Of a stretch of DNA of 64,000 nucleotides, positions 53,509 to 64,000 are shown piece after piece. The first letter of the stretch is position 1. Each line of letters starts with the position of its first letter. Below the pieces are notes generated by a model. It saw only the letters and a program-made list of their open reading frames with translations, was not told the origin of the DNA and did not search any database. A program made the translations under genes and the position numbers. The DNA is from the human T2T-CHM13v2.0 reference genome, Homo sapiens, in the NCBI RefSeq assembly GCF_009914755.1, contig NC_060946.1. One strand, 5' to 3'.

Positions 53509-53859
53509 TTATATGAGAGCAGGAAAAAATATATATATTTGCTTTTGTTTATTTTGCATAAAGAAACACAAGAAACTAAGCCTGGTGGGAGAATGGGTGG
53601 GATGGGAAAGAGGACAGTGGAAAACAGAGGTGGATAGAAGCCTTTCGAATGTGTTCCTTTTCATACTTTTTGAATTTTTGAAATGTGATTGTATATAGAT
53701 TCATTTTAATTTTAAATGTAATTAAAATTTAAAATTCATTACGGCACTACTCTCTCATCCTGTACTATGGGCTCTACCCTTTTTTGTTTGTTTTTGTTTT
53801 GTTTTGAAGAGACAGAGTCTCGCTGTTTTCCCCAGGCTGGTCTAGAACTCCTGGGCTCT

Positions 53860-54720
53860 AGCGCCCCGCCTGGGCCTCCCAGAATGCGGGACTACAGGCG
53901 CCGCCACCACCCGGCGTCTACTCTAAATGCATAGAGGCCAGGATGACCCAAGGTCACCAGCGGCCGATGCTGCCTGGCAGGGGCTTGAGGCCGGGAGGGG
54001 ACCCTGCGGACAGGCGAGACCATGTGTGATCTGTGGGAAGCAACTAAACCGGCGTATTCGCGGCAGGGGAGCTCTGTGCCGTCCCGCGGCCCCACCCCGC
54101 TCCGCCATGGGAAGCCGTAGCTTGGCGCTGCCCACAGTGACGCGAGGGACTCCGAGGGCACCCGGGCCGGGGTGGACACGGGAGTGGGCCCGGGCGCGGC
54201 CGGCAGGGGGCAGCAGCGCCGCGCCGCCCGCGCAGTTCCACAGGTGCGCCGAGCCTGGGGCCATCGCCTCCCTCCGGCCGCCGTCCCCAGCGAATCGCCG
54301 CCTGCGTTCTGCCGTTTCCCCGCCACCGCAGCCACCCGGGGCCCGGGGGGCCGCAGCCATCCGCAAGCCGCGGGGCGGCGGGACCGGGCGGGCCGCTAGG
54401 GACGCCGGACGAAGGGAGCCCGCGGGCGGGGTCTGGGCGCCTACATCCTTGCTCCCAGGGAGGGAAGGGACAGGAAACTGAAGCTGTTTCCGGGGCTGAC
54501 CCCGGCCAGAGAGAGCAGGGCTCGGGAGAGTCGGCGCGTCCCGGAGGCGGCGCCCCCTGGAGGCCGGTGTGCTTTGGCTCTGCAGCGGGGGAGATTAGGG
54601 GTGGAGGCCGACCGATCCCACTCAGCCAGGACTGGCAGGCGCCGGGAGCTCACTGGGAGGCAAGTGCCGACCCCCGAAACCCACTCCAGACAAGCGAAGA
54701 AAACAGCTCTGTGTCCCAGG
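53860..54720. promoter_or_regulatory. Orphan CpG island with two CTCF-like motifs
   Basis: Dense CpG. GGCCGGCAGGGGGCAGC on the plus strand at 54198-54214 and GGCCTCCAGGGGGCGCC on the minus strand at 54549-54565. No recognisable coding exon. Confidence 0.8.
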
Positions 54721-55744
54721 ACGAGCACATACCTATTGTCACCCACTGTGCGACCTGGAAGAGTTACTGACCCTCTCTGGGCCTTAATCAGTCATCAGAA
54801 ACACAAACGCGTAGATAAGATGGTCTTTAGGCCTCTCCCAGCTCTGCTATTCTGTGAATCTAAGAAACTCTAGTCCCTCCACCAGTCCCCACCCCGGGCT
54901 GGCTTCGCTTCAGGGAGGCCTGGCTGAGCTGGGGCCCTCATCCAAGGTCTTTGCACGGTTCCTCAGCAAAGGTGTTTTGGAAGGCTGGGTCCCACCCCTT
55001 CCCGGCGGAGGAAGAGGCTATTGGCTAAAAAGCCTGGACAAATTCAAAACCAGCAGCTCGGCCCTGGTTTTTTCGGAGCACAGCCAAACCCAAATCACAC
55101 CTCTGCACCTACCTAGCTCCAGAGATCTAGACAGCATTTACAGCCCCCAAATGTTATTTTTACACCCTTTCCAGGCAGGGAAGGACAGAGGAGGGTAAGC
55201 TATTTTTAGGATGACTGCTATTTAAAGTAACATACTGGCCTGGCAAGGTGGCTCTGGCCTGTAATCCCAGTGCCTTGGGAGATACAGGCAGGAGAATCAC
55301 GTGAGGCCATGAGTTCAATACTATCCTGGGCAACAAAAGGAGACCCCCATCTCTATTAAACAGCCGGGCGTGGTGGTGCGCGTCTGTCGTCCCAACTACT
55401 GGAGAGGCAGGCTGAGGCGGGAGGGTCCCTTGAGCCCAGGAGTTCAAGATTATAGTGAGCTATGATCACAGCACTGCCCTCCAGGCTGGGCAGTGAGACC
55501 CTGTCTCAAAACAATAAATTAAGTAACCTAGACTATGTATGTGAAAATAATATTTCCAACCCTAGCATGCTGACTTCATCTGAGCTTACAGATGCATTTT
55601 CATACAGTCCTCCCCAAGGGATCAATTCCTGTGAGAGCCAAGGATGGCACCAGTCATTGAAATCCTGACCATGGGAAGGCGTCATTTGGGATTCCGGAAT
55701 GGGTGGCTGAAGCAGTTTACAGAATCGCGTTCTGGTGAGCTTTA

Positions 55745-56128
<384 letters not shown>

Positions 56129-56385
56129 TCAAGGTCCCTCACAAGCTGAGGCTCCTGTAAGTTTTCTCTTTTCAGCTAGTCTTTTCAAACGAACACACCT
56201 CCACCTCGCTTTCCTCCTTCCAAATGAAGAGCTGATCTAGAGCAGGCGCAGATCCAGATTTTGGGGCAGTCCTGAGGTTTATACATATTTGAAGGGTCTT
56301 CTTAAGGAAAAAAGAATAAAATCTGACTAACACACATTTCCTCTGAAATGGCAGCTTCGGGAGCACTGCTAAGGTAGCCGAGCCC

Positions 56386-56725
<340 letters not shown>

Positions 56726-56731
56726 TAGTAG

Positions 56732-56848
<117 letters not shown>

Positions 56849-57528
56849 TAATATTCCCATTTTAATATGCATAAATTGTATTTCTGTGTCTACACACACA
56901 CACACACACACACTCCAGTAACAATGAGCACATCTAGTGCCTAGATCAGGGCTACTAAATATTATTCTCTACTGAAAGGAACAGAGCTCCCTGGAGAAAT
57001 GGCTGAGCTCAGGCGTGACACAGGGAAAGTACAAAATGAAGGTAGAACATTTTATTGCGTAAGGAAGAATGGCCAGATGCAGTGGTTCACACCTATAATC
57101 CCAGCACTTTGGGAGGCTGAGGTGGGCAGATTGCTTGAGCTCAGGAGTTTGAGACCAGCCTGGGCAACATGGCAAAACCCCATCTCTACAAAAAATACAA
57201 AAATTAGCCAGACGTGGTGGTACGTGCTTGTAGTCCCAACTACTAGGGAGGGTTGAGGTAGGAGGATCTCTTGAGCCTGTGGGGTCAAGGCTGCAATAAG
57301 CTGTGATGGTGCCACTGTACTCCAGCCTGGGGGATGGAGCAAGACCCTGTCACAAAAAAAAAAAAAAAGGAAAAAGTAAGAAAGTTCTCAATTATAGAAC
57401 TTTATCAGCAGCCAACTTAACAGGGCTCCCATGGCCAGATCTGGAATAGTGTAAGCATCACAATAAATAGTGCTAGTAATGGATTATAGCTCATTGAATA
57501 CAACCTGAATCCCTGAGTCGTACTGCTA

Positions 57529-57678
<150 letters not shown>

Positions 57679-57681
57679 CTA

Positions 57682-57822
<141 letters not shown>

Positions 57823-58726
57823 TCAAAAAAAAAAAAAGGATAAAAGGAAGCTGGGAGGGAAGGAATTGTTCTTCCTTGCAGCACAATGGCAACTAATATG
57901 GAAGAAATGGTAGAATTAGAAAATCACCATTTTGGCCAGGCACAGTGGATCACGCCTATAATCCCAATGCTTTGGGAGGCTGAGGTGAGAGGATTGCTTG
58001 AGCCCAGGTGTTTGAGCCATATTGGGCAACATAGTGAGACTTTGTTTGTATCAAAAAAAAAGTTTTAATTAGCTGGTTGCGGTGATGCATACCTGTAGTC
58101 CCAGCTACTTGAGACGCTGAGGCTGGAGGATTACTTGAGCCCAACAGGTCAAAGCTGCAGTGAGTCGTGATCATACCACTGCACTCTAGCCTGGGTGACA
58201 GAGCAAGACCCAGAAAAAGAAAAAAAGAAAAAAAAAGAAGGAAGGAAGGAAAAAAAAATCACCATTTGATGGTTGTATTTTCCAAAATATTTTCCAACGA
58301 CTTCTCTTATCCTATATATTCTTTTTTATAATGTGACTTTGACAATCTTCTATCAAAAGTTGGGATCTCTGTCTCCTCCGCTTAAAACCAGGAGGTGTTT
58401 TTTTGTTACTGTTGGGACCAACGAAGTATGGCAGAAATAATGCCATGTGACTTCTAGAATCTTCCATTTATTCCATGGAATACTTACCCCAGAAGTTGAG
58501 GCCAATGGGAAGAAGCCCAAACTAGCCATAGGAGAGCACCAGCTGAGCCCTGGGGCTGTGCAGAGAGGTGACCCCTGGCGGCCCGTCAGCTCCAGCTCTG
58601 CCTCCACTGTGACAAGGACCTCACGAGAGACCCAGAGCAGAACTGTCCAGCTGGGCTCTGCCCAAACCCCTGACCCACAGACACTGGGAGAGATCATAAA
58701 TTTGTTTGTTTTGGGTTTGGTTTTGA

Positions 58727-58885
<159 letters not shown>

Positions 58886-61056
58886 TAGTAGAGACGGGGT
58901 TTCCCCATGTTGGTCAGGCTGGTCTCAAACTTCTGACCTCAGGTGATCCGCCCGCCTCGGCCTCCCAAAGTGCTGGGATTAAAGATGTGAGCCACCACGC
59001 CTGGCCCCATAAATTTTTATTTTTGTTTCAAACCACTACGTTTTGGGATAATTTGCTACACAGCAATAAACGGAACAGCAACCATGATAGTAATAGCAGA
59101 TTTAGACAAAAGTCCTCAGTGGATGCAAGCACTAATGGGTAAAGTTTTAAGGAGGAGTGAAGACTTTTACATAAAGTGTCTCCTCTCCAAATATGTGTTA
59201 ATTACTAAGGGAAAAATGGTAACTTCGCAATGGCAAATTCTGGCAGAAATCAACTTAAGCGATCAAAGTCAGTATCATATTGAGACAAATTAACATTGTA
59301 TGCATCAGTATGCTGGCAAATGTGTAACAGCTGGCTGGTGGGGACATGGATTTGTAACATTTGCTGATTTTTGTGGCACAAAAACTCCCACAAGCCTGGT
59401 GTCGTGGCTCATGCCTGTAATCCCAGCACTTTGGGAAGCCGAGGCGGGAGGATGGATTGAGGCCAGGAGTTTGAGACAGGCTAGACAGTATAGCATGATC
59501 CCATCTCTACAAAAAGTAAAAAGAAAGAAAACTTAGCCGAGGTGGCGGTGCACGCCTGTAGTCCCAACTACTTTGGATGCTGGGCAGGAGGATTGCTTGA
59601 GCCCAGGAGGTAGTGGCTACAATGAACAGCGATCCTGCCACTGCACTCTAGCCTAGGCAATGGAGTGAGACCCCTGTCTCAAAAAAAAAAAAAAAAAATT
59701 CCCATCAAGACCAATTCCAGACTCCTAAAGGTTTAACAACAAGCTGGAAGTATAACACTTGGCCCCATTCATGTGCCCCTGGTGTGTACACTGAGAAGGA
59801 CAAAGCCTCGCTGCCAAGGTGCTCCTCTCAAAAAGGTATCCCCTGAGCCTCTTCCTAGGGAAACATTAGATGAACCTGAAATGAGGGATAGTCTATGAAG
59901 TAACTGGCCTGTACTCTTCAAAAATGAGGTTCCAAAACACAAAGGAAGACTAAGAAGCTGTTTCAGACTGAAAGAGACTAGAGAGTTGACAGCTAAATGT
60001 AACTTGTGATCCTGGATTGGGTTCTGGACCAAGAACAAAACAAAACAAAGCTCAGCAGGGCCAGAGCCAGATACTAGCGTCTTTTCAATGTTAATACTTT
60101 TCTGATTTGATTGGATGTACTGTGGCTCCATAGGAGAATGTCACTGTCTTTAGGAAATGTGCACTGGAGAATCTAGGAATAAAAGGCATAATATCTGCAA
60201 CTTAGTCTCGAGTGGTTAGAAAAAAATAGGATATATAGAGAGAGCAATTAGAAACAGAGAAAGAATGATATATGGAATCAAATGTTGTAAAATGTTAATA
60301 ACTGGGGGAACCTGGGCAAAGAGAATGTTAGAGGTCTGTGTTGTTGTTGTTGTTATTTTTGTTTGTTTTTTTGAGACAGGGTCTCGCTTTATTGGACAGG
60401 CTGGAGTGGAGTGGTGTGATCTCAGTTCACTACAACCTCCTCTTCCTGGGCTCAAGCAATCCTCCCACCTCAGCCTTCTGAGTAGCTAGGACCACAGGCA
60501 CGCCCCACCATGCCCAGCTAATTTTTGTATTTTTAGTAGAGATGAGGTCTGGCCATGTTGCCCAAGCTGGTCTCAAACTCCTGGGCTCAAGCAATCCACT
60601 CGCCTCGGCCTCTCAAAGTGCTGGGATGACAGGCGTGACCCCCTGTGCCTGGCCTGGTAAGAGTTTTTTGTACTATTCTTGCAACTTTTTGAAATTATTT
60701 CAAAATGATCAGATAAATGCTCCATGGACATTTAGTTCAATAGGACTAGGCCTATGCAATGAGGAATAAAGTCAAGAAGGAAGAACTAACAAGCTTTGTA
60801 AGTTGAATTTAAAAGCTTAAAGACTGGATGTGGTGGCTAGTGCCTGTAATCCCAGGTATCCAGGAGGCTGAGGCAGGAGGATAACTTGAGGCCATAGTTT
60901 GAGATCAGCTGATCAGCCTGGGCAACATAGTGAGACACTGTCTCCAAAAAAAAAAAAAAAAAAACAGGCCGGGTGTGGCGGCTCACACCTGTAATCTCAG
61001 CACTTTGGGAGGCCGAGGCGGGCAGATCATGAGGTCAGGAGTTCAAGACCAGCCTA

Positions 61057-61317
<261 letters not shown>

Positions 61318-61828
61318 TCATTTTGCCAAATCAGAGATCACAGCAAGTCCAGGCCAGAGGCTGTTTGCGTCTGCCTGTGTTGGAGGTCCCCTGCGCAGTT
61401 GGGACCTAAAAGATCTTCAGGGATTGGGTAAGGCACTGAATCACCTGCAGAGTTAGACAGGACCCTAGAGGTTGTCTTCTTCCATCCAGGCACAGCTTAT
61501 GGTTGCTGTTTTTTCCCAGTTCCAGGAACCAAATGGTGATAAACTAGGAATGGAGAGAGGGCTTGCTGCTGTCTGAGAGCTCAGGTACAGGTCATGGAAG
61601 ATGGATGAGAGGACATTCGCCTGGGGCTTTTGAGGAATTCTTTGATTCCCTGCCATCCTTGAGTTGGGTGAGGACAAAGGTGGCTTCTTGCATCCTTCTT
61701 CCAAGGCCAGGTGAGGAGCTGGACTCTGATCACATGAGGTCTTTTATTTGGGGCGGCTCTGCTCTACTCCCCTCTGCCTTGGCAGCTGGCTGAACAGACA
61801 CAGTGACAGCCACTCATTCAATGCATTG

Positions 61829-61834
61829 TTTATT
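61829..61834 (-). terminator. ADA2: Probable ADA2 poly(A) signal within an L2 3' end
   Basis: Minus strand GTACTCAATAAACAATGCATTGAATGAGTG resembles the L2 terminal CTCAATAAA...TGAATGAATG. Confidence 0.65.
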
Positions 61835-62798
61835 GAGTACTAACTAGCTTTGGGCCCAGGCTCTGGGTTAGCAGCATGCGTGAAACAATCAGAAACAATC
61901 ATGAGCGCCTGCCCACATGGGGCTTACAGTCTGGCAGGGCAAGACTGTAGACACAGAAATAAATATCCGATTATAAGCTGTGATTAGAGGCATGATGGAA
62001 AAGAGCAAGGCTTCCTGAGAGAAACAGGGCGAGCACAGGAAAACCTCTCTGAGACAGTGACATGAACTTGAAACTTGAAGGGTAAACAGGAGTGGGCAAG
62101 ACAAAAGGGGAAAGAAGGAATGTTCCAGGCAGAGAGAAAGAGAAAAGACCCAGGCACGGTATAGAGCCGAGGACATCTGAGGAAGAAAGGGCCGCCGGGG
62201 TTGGGGCCCTCTGGGTGACTGGGAGAGGAAGGCGCCGGAATGGATCCAGATTAAATCGGATGCTGTGTGCCCTGTGGAGACATGGGGTGTACCTCTAAAC
62301 GCACTGCGTTGTAAGCAAAGGAGTGACCTGATTTAATTTGATCTTTTAAAAGTCATTCTAGGCCAGGCCGGGTGGCTCACGCCTGTAATCCCAGTGCTTT
62401 GGGAGGCCGAGGCGGGTGGACCACGAGGTCAGGTGTTCGAGACCAGCCTGGCCAACATAGTGAAACCCCATCTCTACTAAAAATACAAAAATTATCCGGG
62501 CATGGTGGTGCATGCCTGTAATCCCAGCTACTCAGGAGGCTGAGGCACGAGAATCCGCTTGAACCCGGGAGGTGGAGGTTGCAGTGAGCCGAGATCGCAC
62601 CGCTGCACTCCACCCTGGGCAACAGAGCGAGACTCCATCTCAAACAAAACAAAACAAACAAACAAAATGTCATTCTACACTGTGAAAAATGAGCTGGAGG
62701 AGGCAAAGGGAAGAAAGGGGAGATCAGTGAGGAGGCTGTTGTCATAGCTCAGGCAGGAGTATGGTAGCTTGGACTTGGCAACAGCGTGCAGGTAGAGC

Positions 62799-62935
62799 GC
62801 CACCGCTGGAGTCTGGATGCGGGATGCATTCTGATGTAGGGAGTGGGGGACCGCGCAGCATCAAGAAGCCACCGCTGGAGTCCAGATGAGGGATGCGTTC
62901 TGATGTAGGGAGTGGGGGACGGCGCAGCATCAAGA
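62799..62935. repeat. 69-bp diverged tandem duplication in the ADA2 3' UTR
   Basis: GCCACCGCTGGAGTC...TTCTGATGTAGGGAGTGGGGGAC.GCGCAGCATCAAGA begins at 62799 and again at 62868. Confidence 0.88.
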
Positions 62936-63413
62936 CTTGCACTGAAAATTTCTGCTTTGAGCAACTGGGTGGAATGGATGGAGGTGTCCTTCACCAGCTA
63001 TGGGAAAGGCCAGGGAAAGGTTTAAAGGGCTGAGTGTGGTGGCTCATGTCAGTAATCCCAGCACTTCGGGAGACTGCGGCAGGAGGATCACTTGAGTTGG
63101 AGACCAGCCTGGGCAACATAGCAAGACACTCTTTAGAAAAATTAAAGTAGAGAAAAAGAAAGGTTTAAAGGGAAGAGACTGAGGGTTCAGAATTGTACCT
63201 CATCAGTTTCTGAGATTCCTGTGAGCTCTCCAAGTGCATAAATAAATGTGGGAATCATTAACAAATAAATGGTATGAAAAAGCAAAGGAATGGATGAGAC
63301 CACCCAGGAAAAGTGTACAGAGAGAGAAGAGAAATAAAGAGGAGAGAGTTAAAGAGACCAGAATAGGCCAGGCATGGTGGCTAACGCCTGTAATTCCAGC
63401 ACTTTGGGAGCTA

Positions 63414-63993
<580 letters not shown>

Positions 63994-64000
63994 TCACTTT
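63994..64000 (-). CDS. ADA2: Final bases of the ADA2 CDS (Lys codon 63997-63999, TGA 63994-63996); the gene extends beyond the window
   Basis: Only 7 nt are visible. The assignment rests on recalled mRNA sequence and gene order. Confidence 0.65.

Noticed and set aside
53700-53740. AT-rich quasi-palindrome suggestive of a 22q11 PATRR
   Set aside because: Only ~40 bp and imperfect. PATRRs are hundreds of bp long.
53892-54481. 147-184 aa ORFs on both strands of the orphan CpG island
   Set aside because: Arg/Gly/Pro/Ala-rich composition is expected from GC content. No domain or exon structure is evident.

Overview
Human genomic DNA that I recognise from the encoded proteins as the cat-eye-syndrome region of 22q11.1. 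From left to right: (1) TMEM121B (CECR6), a single-exon minus-strand gene (CDS 2274-4010, 578 aa) in a CpG island; (2) about 15 kb of nested L1/MIR/MER44/MaLR/Alu repeats, probably spanned by the divergent lncRNA LINC01664; (3) the complete minus-strand HDHD5 (CECR5) gene, whose 8 coding exons join to 1272 nt / 423 aa, plus a distal alternative first exon at 47794-47829 encoding MYAWFFLPSFSQ; (4) a bidirectional CpG-island promoter shared with the antisense lncRNA HDHD5-AS1; (5) an MLT2 LTR carrying a TATC/TACC STR; (6) an orphan CpG island with two CTCF-like motifs; (7) the 3' UTR and stop codon of ADA2 (CECR1) at the right edge. The most notable observation is HDHD5 intron 3. It has a minor-spliceosome (U12-type) donor, GTATCCTTTT, and contains a 25-copy, 62-bp CpG-rich VNTR in which most units carry a sense-strand major-type 5' splice site (CCG|GTAAGC). 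Also notable are a 19/21 REST/RE1 match inside the TMEM121B coding sequence, an alternative TMEM121B frame with only one internal stop in about 2.2 kb, and an antisense RNA that appears to span the two HDHD5 promoters. Gene and repeat names come from recognition and recall, not a database search. Exon coordinates were derived by hand from the sequence. I cannot establish that any finding is unreported.
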